DNA of 64,000 nt, taken from the NCBI GenBank assembly GCA_964016885.1, contig OZ024756.1, positions 32,922,001 through 32,986,000 on the forward strand, in the 5' to 3' direction. The notes below the pieces were generated by a model. The model searched no databases and was not told where the DNA came from. It saw only the letters and a list, made by a program, of their open reading frames with translations. Source of the stretch: Eledone cirrhosa (taxonomy: Eukaryota). The position numbers and the translations under genes were made by a program. Shown one piece after another: positions 14,477 to 29,209 of this stretch (within the stretch, counting starts at the first letter, position 1; each line of letters begins with the position of its first letter).

Positions 14477-14689
14477 GGGTGGGCCAGAATTCATAACTCA
14501 CTTGTTTGTTATATTTCTTAACATATTTTTTTTATTGCTATTAATTAAACGGGTACATTTTTGTGCTTACCGTAATTTGTTCATGGTCTTTTCATGATAT
14601 ATCGTATTATACTTTTTTAACTTGTTTTATAACGTTTTGTTTTAATAGATCTAAATAATCAAGTGAATCATGAATTATGGCCCACCCTG
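14475..14689. mobile_element. Tc1/mariner-type MITE with TA target-site duplication
   Basis: TIRs CAGGGTGGGCCAGAATTCAT / ATGAATTATGGCCCACCCTG, with TA at 14473-14474 and 14690-14691; no ORF. Confidence 0.85.
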
Positions 14690-14972
14690 TAAATATAAAA
14701 TAGAAGTAAATGATATAGAACATGAAAAAAATGTATATAAAAAAATCAAGCAGTCCTATGATATGGCAATAGATAGCGAGTGTTTGCGCTGAAATTCTGA
14801 AAACGTAGACAGAACTAATCGATGCTTGTATATTAAAACCTATAGCAATGCTAAAAGTTTATCTGAACCGTAGCGGGGTTATAAACTGTACATCTGTATA
14901 TATCCGTGAAGTAACATATATATCTGACAAACATCAATGATTTATAGATCCCATTTGTAGATTCATCATTGT

Positions 14973-15182
14973 TTAACTAGCAGAATTGATCACCGATATA
15001 GACGTAGATTTGCTTCTGATATCTGACATATCTGACTCTTGGGCAACCGAACGGACAGTATCAACTCGGTTATAGCTTCCAACAGAAAATGTATAGGTTG
15101 AGGTTGAAATAATAACCCAAAGATATGAAGAACGAGCGCAAAAATACCTTGACATCCATGTCAAAGTTGCAAGACGTAAATC
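14973..15182 (-). CDS. Possible terminal coding exon of unknown product (tentative)
   Basis: After a weak TAG acceptor, an open frame DLRLATLTWMSRYFCARSS...SDMSDIRSKSTSISVINSAS* lies in non-repetitive sequence. No upstream exon identified and no recognised homology. Confidence 0.2.
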   Translation of the reverse strand, partial: DLRLATLTWMSRYFCARSSYLWVIISTSTYTFSVGSYNRVDTVRSVAQESDMSDIRSKSTSISVINSAS

Positions 15183-15714
15183 CTATAATTCCTAGATATC
15201 AAGATTATATTATCATAGTAAAATCTCTTCTGTGGGTTTGTAAATATGATAATGTAAGTCCATGATGTTGCTAGCTAATGGTTACTTCTGTTTGGATTTC
15301 GTCGCCGTGTGTATTATACATGAAATGCCAAGTAATGACAAAAATTATACATGAGTTTGAAGAGAGTAACATTGCAACTTACACATATTATTCCAACACC
15401 TCACACCATTTCTTTATTTCTACCCCCCTCTCTCTCTCACTCTTTCTCTCTCTATCTCTCTCTTTCTCTCTCCCTCTCTATCTATCTATATATCTATCTA
15501 TCTATCGATCTATCTATATACCTTGTCATTAGATATCGAAATGTATACGAACAGGAATACACTTGGATTCATGCACAGAGAAAAAGCTGCAAAATTACAT
15601 GGATAGGTGTTTACTACACATACACAAACAAACAAACACACACACACACAGAGGGAAACACACACGTACCCCTCCCCCATACACACACACATAAAGGCAT
15701 ACACACATATATAT

Positions 15715-15754
<40 letters not shown>

Positions 15755-17389
15755 GGATATTAAGAAAAGAGTGATGAATCCGACGGCTGAGCTCCGGCCG
15801 TTTCGATATCTAGATCCGAACTAAGCTAGCAGTATTAGAACGGCGGGAATCTAGCTGAACTTATAAAGAGGTACAGGCCATATATGGACATGCAGTCAAA
15901 ACAGCAGAATGTACTCTGGTGTGTCAAGGTCTATCTGGTATCTTACCACATCTTATTTATTTAAATATGGATAGTAATAATAATAAAATTGAAGACTAAA
16001 ATCCAAAGAGGGCTCGATAAGGAAAATATATATCAAAATGGATATAAAGTATCTACACCCTTTCCTCATTTGAACCAGTGTTTATATTTTCTTTATTCCA
16101 TTCTCTCACGTTCTGACAAAAGGAGGCGAATAACATATTTCGGTATCCTTCGAAATGTCAGGGATAAAAGCCAACACATTGGTGAGTTAGTGGCTTGAAT
16201 GTGTTTGTGTGTGACTTCATACAAATCTAACACATACGCTTTTTATGTGGTTTGAACTGTTTCTGTTTGTATTGAAACTCCACCCGTTCCGACGATGAAT
16301 GTATCCGTAATGTGATTAACAGATGAGTCTATTCCTGAAACTCACACACAGATAGCTAAGTATGTCACAGAAGCTTGTAACGGAGTTTTCAGTGTTATTC
16401 ACTTGACACGCCGTCAAATAAGCTGATCATTGGCAACATAACAAGACGCTCATTTTATATTTCCCACTTGAGTTGATTCTAGCAACTCGAAATAAAATGT
16501 ATTACTGAAAGGAACGTGTCACCAGGAACCTATTTCACTACATTAATAATATATAAATAAAAAAAAACACCCTAAACACAGCTGGATTAAAATTTTAGAT
16601 GTTGAAGCAGTTCTGGATTTTGAATCACATACTAGCTTCGTATAGGTCTGAATATTTAAGAGAAATATTGAAGAAGGAAATATGTATGTTTTCCATACAG
16701 GTAAAATTATATAAAGATTCAATACAACTGGTATTAATAAAAAAAAAAGTATGATTTATGATTTATCGGGGAATTTCTTGAAATTAAGGTACTTGCAAAG
16801 AATAAAACAAAAAACAACAATGAAAATATACAAATACAAATTTAACAACGAAGTAGAAAAGTTTGGACACTTTGATTTTCGGTAAATGTGATAGCAAAGA
16901 GATATAATCAAATTAGATTCTAGTGCAATAGATGTTTAATAAGATTATAATGTAATGAATAAGTGTTGACACAAATAGCAGAGAGGATCATATGTGAGAG
17001 ATAAAAACAAAGCGTAGTCTATGCTAATCTGATAAACTCTGTATCAAAGTTAATTAGAAGTTGTTGTACAAAGCATTTGTTCAAAACACTTTTCAAACAT
17101 ACTTTTGTTCTATCTTATTATTTTTTTTATTAAATTTCTTTTTTCAACATGAAACGTTAGTTTTCTGATTAACTACAGTAGTATCCTCGTTGGTTAATTA
17201 ACTTATAGTATATAAGCGTTGAAAAGATAACACATAGGCGTACAGCACATACATACACACACATGAACACATGCACGCATGCACACAAATTCACGCAAAT
17301 GCATACATACACACACATGCACGCATGCGCACAAATAAATCCACCCGCGCACATACATACACACATACATATATATATACATATATATA

Positions 17390-17466
<77 letters not shown>

Positions 17467-17470
17467 ATTA

Positions 17471-17514
<44 letters not shown>

Positions 17515-17545
17515 AAATGTGTGTGCATGTGTATATGCATGTATG

Positions 17546-17591
<46 letters not shown>

Positions 17592-17909
17592 TTTATATAC
17601 ACACACATTCATGTTGTAAATGTGTTGTGTTCCTCCATTTGCAAAGTTTCGATTAATATAACTTTTGTGTGTGGAGATGATGGTGGTAAGGGGGGCGATA
17701 TTTTCTGCGTAGGCGTAATGTCATATCATGTCTCACTGGGTTTCTCGTTAGACAACCTCTCATCTGAACACTAATAGGCAGAGAAACTTACTAAACTACA
17801 CACACACACTCACACACACAGGCATACGCACACGCACACATACTCACACTCATTTACAAACACTTATTCACAGATATACATACCTCTAACAAACGACCAC
17901 ATAGTAATG

Positions 17910-18305
17910 ATTGTTTCTACTTTAGGCACAAGGCCAGCAAAAACCCAGTTCATTACTGGTACTTTATTTTATAGACCCCCGTAAGGAAGAAAGGCAAAGT
18001 CAACCTCGGCGGGATTTGAACTCAGATCGTAAAGGGACGTAACTATGCTGGAAAGCATGGCGTCCGACCCTCTTTGAAATCACATATAAATACTCTTTTA
18101 TTTATTTAGACATGTATTATTGCTTCCCAAGTTTCGGTAGAGGGTCGGACGCCATGCTTTGACGCATAGAGTTACGGCCCTTGCCATTCTGAGTTCAAAT
18201 CCAGCCAAGGTTAAATTTGCCTTTCATCCTTACGGGGTCGATAAAATAAAGTACCAGTAATGTACTGGGTATTTGCTGGCCTCGTGCCAATAGTAGAAAC
18301 AATTA
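17910..18305. mobile_element. Head-to-head pair of dominant SINEs (minus 17910-18075; plus 18134-18305)
   Basis: Both copies show the SINE core in opposite orientation, about 60 bp apart. Confidence 0.85.
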
Positions 18306-19475
18306 TTGATACCCAAGTTTAAGCCCCATTCCAATTCACATTAAATTCCTATTACTCACATACGCACACACACACATGCATATATATGTATGTATACACA
18401 CATACACACACATATATATGTGTGTGTGTGTCTGTGTATGTGTGTGTGTATGTGGGTTTGCGTGTATGGGTGTGTGTATGTGGGTTTGCGTGTATGGGTG
18501 TGTGTATGTGTATGTGTATATATATATATGCATAACTGATACACAAACACACACAAACATATGTATATATATATATGTATGTGTGTGTGTTTGTGTGTGT
18601 GTACAGTCATACACAAGCACACACTGACATATATGTATGTATATATATACACAAACACACTCATATATATGTATATATATATATATATATATATAGATAT
18701 AAAAATATAATTATATATGTATATATAATTATATATATATATATATATATGTATGTATGAGTGTATATATATGTATATATATATATATATAGTTTTCCAG
18801 TTGCATATCGGAATATTTTCTGGAAAACCATTTGCATTCAATGCACTCTGACACTTTCTGTAATTATTCATATTCCACTCTAACCACTCCCTTTTCAATG
18901 TAGATTCTCCTCCTTCAGTAGGGTGGCTACTCTTCCTTCACCTTACCCGCTCCTATCCCACTCTGCCTTTTTTCCCGCTTCACTATGCCTTCTCAACATT
19001 AACTATGATTTACTTCATTTTTACCATTAATTCTTCCCCTTTCGCAGTGACGTTCTCCTGCTTTATAGTGCCTTCATGTCTTCCAGAGTACCCCTCCCAT
19101 TCCAATGTATACCCACTCCCCCTCCTTCATTGTAGTCCTTACACATTGACTCACGAGTGATTTATGATCTCTTCAAATATGACGGACATTTAACCCTATG
19201 ATATGAACATTTGATTAATTGATTATATATGAGATAGGTAAACATATACTACAAGATATATATATATACATATATGGATATATGTATATATGTATATATG
19301 TATATATCTCAATATATCTCAAACGTAATGAAAACCTAACACTCCATCCTTTTAGTTATATATGTGTGCGTATATATATATATATATATATATCAATATT
19401 TATATAAAAACATATATATATGTATATATATATATACACTCACACACACATATATATATTTATATTTATATAAAC

Positions 19476-19562
<87 letters not shown>

Positions 19563-20103
19563 CGTGTGTAAGGACTTGTATGTGTGAGCGTTCCTTGTTT
19601 AATACGTACTGATTACAAGAATATAACACATAGGCTTGGAAAATTGAGAGTCAAATGTAACGTACAGCATGTAATATTGAGATCTTTAAGACGTGCACAA
19701 GATGACAAACTCGGCATCGACCCTCATGTCTTGAAAAACATTTAGTAGTACCATGTAAACAACACTGTACATTAAAATCACATTATAACATTTCTCATAA
19801 AATTGACTTCTCACTACGTATTTGAATACTCTAATATCTATTCGCACGTGTTCACCCCATGTCTCACATCATTTCCCATTCCCATATCCCATATATACTT
19901 ATGTGTGTGTGAACATGTGTCTATATTCTCGTGAGTATTACAGATGATGAGAAAATATATCATCAATAACATATATATATATAAATATATATGTATATAT
20001 ATGTTTATATACACACATACACACTGACTCATACATATATATAAATATATTTATATTTATGCGTATTGATTTATATATATTTATTTATATGTATGTATAT
20101 ATA

Positions 20104-20190
<87 letters not shown>

Positions 20191-20339
20191 CTTTAACCAA
20201 AGATTAATATGTTTCATTGATTACTCAATGAATACAGTTTTACAATAGATTAAAAGCAATCAACAAACAATTATTCCTGGAGTTTGAATATTATTTAAAA
20301 TATTAACAAATGAAGATATTCACATAATCAAAATATAAG

Positions 20340-20403
20340 CTTTGTTATATATATTTCGAAGGTACTGTGTTGTTTTTTTCCCGTACGTCCTCGTCAGATA
20401 AAA
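20340..20403 (-). ncRNA. Type I hammerhead motif related to family A
   Basis: Reverse complement TTTTAT-CTGACGA-GGACGTAC..GTACCTTC-GAAA-TATATA-TA-ACAAAG; the downstream tail resembles the family A tail and ends in (TA)n. Confidence 0.6.
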
Positions 20404-20464
20404 TATATGATTTGATATTGACATACCTCTACGGTCTTAATATTTCAATTCCAGTATTGGTAGT

Positions 20465-20625
20465 ATGTTTATCCCGTGTTCAATCCGTGTTGAATGCTAT
20501 GTATTGAGTACCTTACGTAAGGTAGTCAATACATAGCAAGGTATAAATATTTAACATAGAAAAGGCTTCTACTCGACTATAACTGTTTCATTCGGGAGAA
20601 ATCATGATGATTTCTCCCATTTCTA
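20465..20625. mobile_element. Family C fold-back fragment
   Basis: Shares TGCTATGTATTGAGTACC and CTGTTTCATTCGGGAGAAATCAT with about 28085-28240 and 40500-40675, and has internal hairpins. Confidence 0.6.
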
Positions 20626-20627
20626 TA

Positions 20628-20736
<109 letters not shown>

Positions 20737-21104
20737 ATGCGAGTGTGTGTGACAATATTGCAAAATTAACCTTGGTAATTGTCCCTCCTACTCACTGAGT
20801 GATTGTAGAACGTCTAATGCCTTGACGAACATTTTTCCTCTTCATTTTAATATAAGAGTCAAGAAATATTTTCTGAATATTCTTCTTTGTTCGTTACGAT
20901 AGAAACTACTTCGTTATTTTGAAGGAAGAATACGGATTGCTCATTTCAGGCTCAATTATTTTTCTGGCATCATTGAACTGAAGGCCAGATTAACACATTT
21001 TAAAGATGATATATAATCTTTGTTTTCTGTTTTAATATTTCTTCTGGCAACAGTTTTAGAAATCTTTGTCATTCAGCCAACTAATAATTTACGCTTGTCG
21101 GACA

Positions 21105-21372
21105 CAACATAGCTGAATGGTTAAGGTGTTCGATTCACAATCATCAGGTCTGGTGTTCGATTCAATTGTGTTGTATCTCCGTCATGAACCATTTATTAGA
21201 GATTTGTGTCGTCTCAAGACTTGTTTAAGTTATTGGCTAGAAGCAGTTTTGAAGGCCGTGTGATTGACTGTCTTTGTATTTCACACTTGTACACACTGTC
21301 ACACTGAATCTCCCTGAGAATTACGTGAAGGGCACACGTTTCTGTAGAATGCTCAGCCACTTGCACGTTAAT
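21105..21372 (+). mobile_element. Degenerate tRNA-derived SINE of another family
   Basis: TAGCTGAATGGTTAAG (A box) ... GTTCGATTC (B box), then GAATCTCCCTGAGAATTACGTGAAGGGCACACG...CTCAGCCACTTGCACGTTAAT, which resembles a Nin-type SINE domain. Confidence 0.5.
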
Positions 21373-23526
21373 ATCTTAACTTCTTCGGCTATCGAACAAC
21401 TGAAGAAGTCATAGCCATTCCACCCCACGCTGTATACTGCAGATCCGTTTCGAATTATTTATACCCAAGCAGTTGAAGTAGACCCTTTAATGTTCAAACC
21501 GGACAAAACCGGCCAGGATTCTCTAATCTCTTTCAGTGAGCTTAGCACTTGTTCCTTTGTTTGTTATTGTTTATGATATTTGGAGGGCTTGCTGTGCTTT
21601 GCTATTAGAAGAAAGCTAATTATATTAGCATTACATAATTTATAATATTTGAACAATGATTTTTTACCAGTGAGCCCACTATTATTTTCACTATAATATA
21701 TTTTTCAATGGCATACTCATGTGTACAGGGATTGTCCCACATAAGTAGATTCACTGCGAGACTTATTTTTCTTTGGAGTAATGTGTGAAACGGTTCAATC
21801 TGTATTTTCGTAGATACAGCAGAACTAATGAAATCGTAGTAGATAAAATATAAATAACTTCTTCTGGCAGATTTATATACATGTTGTCGCCAGTTCAGCG
21901 TTTCACAACGAAATTATTTGCTTCGAAGATAAATAAATTTGAATGTATCTATACGTTAAATAGGATTTTACCTAATTAGGAAACAATACCATCACTTGTT
22001 ACACAATAACACACATACATACACACACTCACTCATGTATATAGTGCCTACTTACATATATATATACACCTACATATGTATGTACATATATATATATATA
22101 TATATACACACCTACAGATATATATATATATGTGTGTGTATATGTGTGTAGCTGTGAGTATCTGCGTATGTTTGTGAGTGCGTGTGTGTGTGTCTCTCTC
22201 TCTCTCTATATATATATATAAACGTTTATATATTTATCAGCGTCAAGGAACAGACATATGTGTATGTATATATGTAGTTACATACTTTTACTTTTTTATG
22301 ACGAAAATCTCTTTCACTAACACTTCGCTATCACTTTCCCTCCCTCCTTCTTTCTATCATTATTTCCCATCCTCCCTCCCTCTCTCTCAATGTCGCTTCC
22401 TTTTTCTCATTTTGGCCTTTCCTCAATTCATCTCTCTTTTTTCTTTCCTCACTCCCTCTCCATCTCTCCTACCATCTCTCTCTCTCACTCTTTATATATA
22501 TATATATATATATGTGTGTACACAGGCATTTATATATTTATATTTGTGTGTATGATTTTATATTTTTGTGTATCCGTGTATGTATGATTGTCTGTATGTT
22601 CTGTTTGTGTCTGTCTGTCTATGTGTGAAATGAATCAAATCTGAGAAACAAAACAAGAATAATAATTATTTTTGTTCCTCTTATTATCATTATTAGTATT
22701 AATATTTTCATTACTATTATCATCATTCTTTCTTTTTTTCTTTCGAACACGATAACGGTATAACTTCTTGCCGCCAAAAATAATCCATTTAAAATCATTT
22801 CTAATTTTAAATCGACGCAGATTTGAAATTCCATCGAATGAAAAAGACTACTTTACAATGTTCTTGCGGTAATCTTTCTCCCTGATTTCATTTTAATTTC
22901 TTTACATTTTCGTCTCAGATGTGTTGTGTGTTGCATTTATTTTATTTTCTGTTATCTCCCCTTCCCCTTTTTCACCTTTAAATTATTCGTTTATCTTTAA
23001 GATCGGTAGTGGTTTTGATTAATTTTATTTAAATATATATATTTTTTATTCTTTTCTCATTTCTTTTTATTCGGTTTCTAAATTTTTCTGAAACATTTTA
23101 TCTTAATTCATGTGAAGCTCTTACAAATAAGCTGAGGTTACATGAAATGAACTGAAGTTGCATGTATTGCACTTTATACCGTTTTGCAGCTATTAGTATG
23201 TGGTTCATGAATCTACAGTAAAATGAAATAAAATAAAATATATATAAATGATAGAAACCTCAGGGATTATATGCAGATACGCGCCTGTTCCTCCTGATGG
23301 AGTTATAGGTTTAACATAATAATATACGGTGTGTCATGTACATATTCAACTTGGCAGATTCCATTCTTCTCCAGTTCCAAGTGCAGCTGATTATTTCCAG
23401 AGAAGACTGAATACTGATTGAGCAGTATATACTTAAATTATGAGCGAAACCTCATAGAATATTTCTTAGTATATACACTCTGCCTGTGCATCGAGTGCTA
23501 AATTTACTGAATCACCTACGCTGAAC

Positions 23527-23580
<54 letters not shown>

Positions 23581-23986
23581 AACGAGTAAGACGGCTGAGC
23601 TCAAGCCGTTTCGACGGGTAATTCTGGAATTAGCCGTCGGGGTCTTACTCGTTCCTAATACACACTCTACTATCCTAAGTATTGAGTACTTTGATGCGCT
23701 ATGGTCCACCTGGTTCCTTACCACATTTCCTTCGTTATATATATATATATATGTGTGTGTGTGGTTGTGTGTGTGTATGTGTGTGTGTGTGGGGGGGGGT
23801 GTCTGTGTGTGTGTATGTGTGTCTGTGTTGTAGTGTGAGTGTGCGTGTGTGTTATAATATTGCCGAATAAATTAACTATGGAGATATAAAAGATACAGAA
23901 GCGAGAAAACCAACCCAAACCAAACAGTGAGTGTGTTCTGTTATTATTTCTGGCAATAGTATAACAATATGACACTCCCCAAGTAT

Positions 23987-24044
<58 letters not shown>

Positions 24045-24184
24045 GCCTGTGTTAGGTTGAGAAGTATTGTGTGTAGCTGTGTATGTGTAAATACGTGCAT
24101 GTATGTACTTTGCCATGTGCTTAACATTCTCACTCTCTCCCCCTCTCTCTCTCACTCTCACTCTCTCTCTCTCTCACTCTCTCG

Positions 24185-24238
<54 letters not shown>

Positions 24239-24323
24239 TTGTGTTGGTGTGAGAAGAATTAGGTGTGACTGTGTTTGTGTATGTATCGTGCCATGCGCTT
24301 AAGATTCTCCCTCTCTCCCTCTG

Positions 24324-24379
<56 letters not shown>

Positions 24380-25030
24380 TGTGTGGTATGAGGACTTGGA
24401 GAAAAAAATATTCATAAAGTAAAATTAGAATAGGAAAATAAAAATACATAAGATGTTAGTATCATTATCATCGAAATATAATTGAAGTTCTGAATAGCTC
24501 ATTATTGATCACATTATAGATATTAATCCATCCAATTGATGTTTGATCAAATCAATGAATATATAAATGTTTTGATATTAAGATAGCTCAGGATACTTCC
24601 TTCCTGTAATATTGACAACTGAATATAATATCTGAAAGCAATGGCCCATGTGAGAACTTGGAAATTCGTATGCGTTGAAAAGCTTAAATAAAAGCAGGAG
24701 ATGAATACAAGGAAACAAAAAATAAAGCAAATCACGCGCAACCGGAATATCACGTTGAGGCGCCATTGCATTTACATGTACTTCACGCACGAGGGCACAC
24801 ACTCACACACACATACATATACACATGCACATACATATGCGAACATACAAGCACACGTAGTCGTACACATACACACGTATATACACGTATACACGTATAT
24901 ATGTATTTGCATCTCCGTATAACAATATTTAATTGGACATTTGTACGGATATACGGATAATGTGATTAATAATGTATATATATATATACACATGGATATA
25001 TGTATATATATGTATATGAGTGTATGTATA

Positions 25031-25107
<77 letters not shown>

Positions 25108-25191
25108 GCATATATATATTTATACTAATATATTTATATGTATATATGCATATACATATATATATATATATGCATATATATATTTATATTA

Positions 25192-25223
<32 letters not shown>

Positions 25224-25232
25224 GGGTGTATG

Positions 25233-25283
<51 letters not shown>

Positions 25284-25460
25284 ATATATATATATACTGT
25301 TGTGTGTGTATGCATGGACATATATCTATTCATCACTATATATATCAAAACAAGAACAGCCACAGTCACAAATACGCATTCACACATACAAAGACACACA
25401 CACACACCCATACATACACACCCACACACACATATATGTATATATATATATATATATATA

Positions 25461-25886
25461 TTTCGTTTCTGAATTTGTTTAGCAAGATTCTTTATCTGAA
25501 ATCGTGTGTTGAAACCGATATTGTTATACTTTGGGAGGGTCATGTTGCCAATAAGAAACACACGCACCACCTGATTTCACTTCAATTTATTATAATAAAT
25601 TTATAATAAATTTATAAATTTATAAATTTCTGGTTGGTTGGTTGGTTCCACAACCAGATAGTTGTTTATATATAGTCATAGTTCTTTCGTCACACACTCT
25701 GTGACCTCTTCAGTGACTGGGGATTCCTTTCTTTGTTTCTGTGCCTCTCCTTTGTTGAACAAACCAACCAACCAGAAATTTATAAATTTATAAATTTATC
25801 ATAAATTTATTATAATAAATTGAAGTGAAAGCAACTGGTGTGTGTGTTTCTTATTGGCAACACGACCCTCCCAAAGTATAACAATA
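25461..25886 (-). mobile_element. Penelope-like fold-back element, family D (second copy 32918-33243)
   Basis: Inverted arms at about 25518-25645 and 25760-25886, a tail on one side, (TA)n flanks, and an HHR in the spacer. Confidence 0.75.
25674..25718 (-). ncRNA. Minimal type I hammerhead ribozyme, family D
   Basis: Reverse complement AGTCA-CTGAAGA-G-GTCAC AGAGTGT GTGAC-GAAA-GAAC-TA-TGACT, with perfect stems I and II. Confidence 0.75.
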
Positions 25887-25935
25887 TATATATATATATA
25901 TATATATAAAGGTTTAGATAAATATATATATGTGT

Positions 25936-26084
25936 GTTTGTGGCTCAATGAAGAGTTAATAAATTAAATAATCATAGCTATATATCATAAAACATGTCTA
26001 TAGAATCACCAGATAAAATATATACCGTTTCCTCTCCCAATTAGCATAATTAACCATATAAAAAAATCGATTAGACCAAGCTAT

Positions 26085-26125
<41 letters not shown>

Positions 26126-26648
26126 CTTTATACGTAATATTCTCCCGTTAGGTTGAAAATACAATTTTGGCTGTATTAGGCTGCGCTTTCTAGCAAAAGG
26201 CCACGAGCCGTAAGTAACTAATCACATTATTTCTAACTTGACCGCTGCTACGTCACGATTATTAGCCATTTTTGAATGTATTCTTGGCGCGATCACTTTG
26301 GAAAATTAATTGTCTAAATTTGAGATAACTCCTGAAGAGTCCGGTGCCCCAGATGTCCAATGTTATCGTATATCTTAAAATTGGGACGAAACCATGGTAG
26401 AGGTAACTAAATATGTTCACTTTTCTCCTAGTTTATTTTACACCTAATTCTGTTTAGTTGACTGTATATCTGGTCGATTTATATACGCTATCGAAATACT
26501 CGATAAATATTCCGTCGCAACCACCGCGAAGGGCTGCTTTCGGTTATTTGTCGGAGATTTCTTCATAGAAGAATTAATTATGCTAATTGGGAGAGGAAAC
26601 GGTATATATTTTATCTGGTGATTCTATAGACATGTTTTATGATATATA
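25936..26648 (+). mobile_element. Penelope-like element, family E, with about 75-bp inverted ends (fragment also at 59818-59920)
   Basis: About 25980-26053 is the reverse complement of about 26574-26648; internal HHR; (TA)n flanks. Confidence 0.75.
26326..26405 (+). ncRNA. Type I hammerhead ribozyme, family E
   Basis: TAACTC-CTGAAGA-GTCC...GGAC-GAAA-CCATGG(palindrome)-TA-GAGGTA. Canonical G10.1-C11.1 pair; predicted cleavage after GUA at 26399. Confidence 0.8.
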
Positions 26649-26656
26649 TATGTATA

Positions 26657-26705
<49 letters not shown>

Positions 26706-26716
26706 AAATAATATAT

Positions 26717-26782
26717 CTGATGACGTAAGGCTTCTCTACAGGTATTACATAACTGTATTTATCCCCTTACAGAAAGTAATTA
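26717..26782 (+). ncRNA. 5'-truncated hammerhead-like motif
   Basis: CTGATGA-C-GTAAGG..TACAG..CTGTA..CCTTAC-A-GAAA-GTAAT-TA. The 5' strand of stem I is missing (abuts TA-rich sequence). Confidence 0.45.
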
Positions 26783-26837
26783 GTTTGAGTGAAATTTTAG
26801 TAAGTAAGTCAATTTCCATAACTTTATTATTTACGTC

Positions 26838-26895
<58 letters not shown>

Positions 26896-27258
26896 TTATA
26901 TCTAAAAGAGTGGCCTCGGTGGAATGTCCCTACATGTCAATGATAATAAAATCGCGTACATATTGATGAATATTTTGGTTGGACGATCATACATTCATTG
27001 ATTTCATTCCTTGGCTATGCCGTACGTTGTGATCTTGAACAAGACACTTTTATTCTCAGTGCTTTTCATTATACGACTGAGATTGCTATCATTAAATCAC
27101 GAGAGACAACTATGTATAAAATGTAGCTAACTCAAACCTCATAGAGTGAGCTGTAAAATTTATTAATTTCCTGTAATTGACCACCAAACTACATATATAA
27201 TCTCTACGAAACGAACCGATTGATTTTTTTGATTTTGTTGTACACTTACATAAGTTTT

Positions 27259-27383
<125 letters not shown>

Positions 27384-27422
27384 TTGTGTGTGTGTGTGTA
27401 TATATCTATAACAAGATCTATG

Positions 27423-27546
<124 letters not shown>

Positions 27547-27551
27547 CATAC

Positions 27552-27584
<33 letters not shown>

Positions 27585-27997
27585 AAGACATATATGTATT
27601 TATATATAAATAATCAAAGTGCCAGATAAATTCTACTTTACATCTATAGATTTTCATCAATAAATATAAAGAATTTTTATCAGTTTGATTTCCCAGACGA
27701 ATGCATTAACCGAATTGCGAGAATATTAACGTAATTTGTGTAAGCATTACGATATATTGCTATCATTTAGAGTGAATGATGAAACGATAGAAAATGACAA
27801 ATACTGCTAGATTTACCCCAAATAAAATATAACACACTTGAAACATATGATCTATCAAGTGGTACACAGTTTGTCGCCGGTTTATGTAATATATATCTAT
27901 ATGTATGTATGCTTGTAGTTATCTATCCCCTTTATCTCCCTTCTCTCTCTCTCTCTCCCTCTCTCTCTCTCACTCTTTCTCTCTCTCTCTCTCTGTG

Positions 27998-28036
<39 letters not shown>

Positions 28037-28084
28037 TTCTCTCTTTATATATACATATATGTGTGTGTGTGTATTGATATAGAA

Positions 28085-28347
<263 letters not shown>

Positions 28348-28351
28348 CATA

Positions 28352-28382
<31 letters not shown>

Positions 28383-28559
28383 GTGTGTGTGTGTGATTGT
28401 ATGTATCTGTTTTTATGTAGGATTTTTTGTGTATGAATATACATGTATATATACACTAATATATTCCTTCCTTACATTGTACCGATTGTGTTTATTTCTA
28501 TTTTGCCTTTACACACTCACACAGACACACACACACACACGCTCTCTCTCTCTCTCTCA

Positions 28560-28592
<33 letters not shown>

Positions 28593-29023
28593 TCTCTCTC
28601 TTACTCTCTCTCTCACACTTATATATTGGTAAGAGTCTAGCCTTGACTCTTTCTTATATAGTTACACTGTACCATCCCAAGTATGAAAAACTCACTTGTA
28701 TAATAGTCTAACTAGGTTAATACTGGTTTAATCCTGAATATGACAATTAGATACATGACTATAATCACTACTGACCGGTTACATCTCAATTTATAATCAA
28801 CGAACCACTCTCTTAAGAATATATTATGTAACATCATTTTCAAATCTTAACATCCTGTAATATATGAAACCATATTAACAAACATTCTTAAATTGCACGA
28901 AATATTAGTCTACCGGCTCTCTATAAACATATAAACCCGTTAAACTATTATTGCATGTTTTAACACCGATCTGTTCTGAATTAAAATTTCATAAGCATTG
29001 AGTTAACAATCCATTATCATAAT

Positions 29024-29209
29024 TGTTTCTACTTTAGGCACAAGGCCAGCAATTACCCAGGGCATTACTGGTACTTTTATTTTATCGACCCCGTAAGGAT
29101 GAAAGGCAAAGTCAACCTCGGCAGAATTTGAATTCAGATCGTAAAGGGCGTAACTATGTTGGAAAGCATGGCGTCCGACCCTCTACCGATACTGCCAATC
29201 CACCGCCCT
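29024..29209 (-). mobile_element. Full-length dominant SINE with 21-bp target-site duplication
   Basis: TTAACAATCCATTATCATAAT at 29003-29023 and 29210-29230 flanks a complete SINE. Confidence 0.92.

Noticed and set aside
16103-16187. Possible plus-strand exon ending at GTGAGT
   Set aside because: The donor is good but the acceptor is ambiguous and there is no recognisable peptide.
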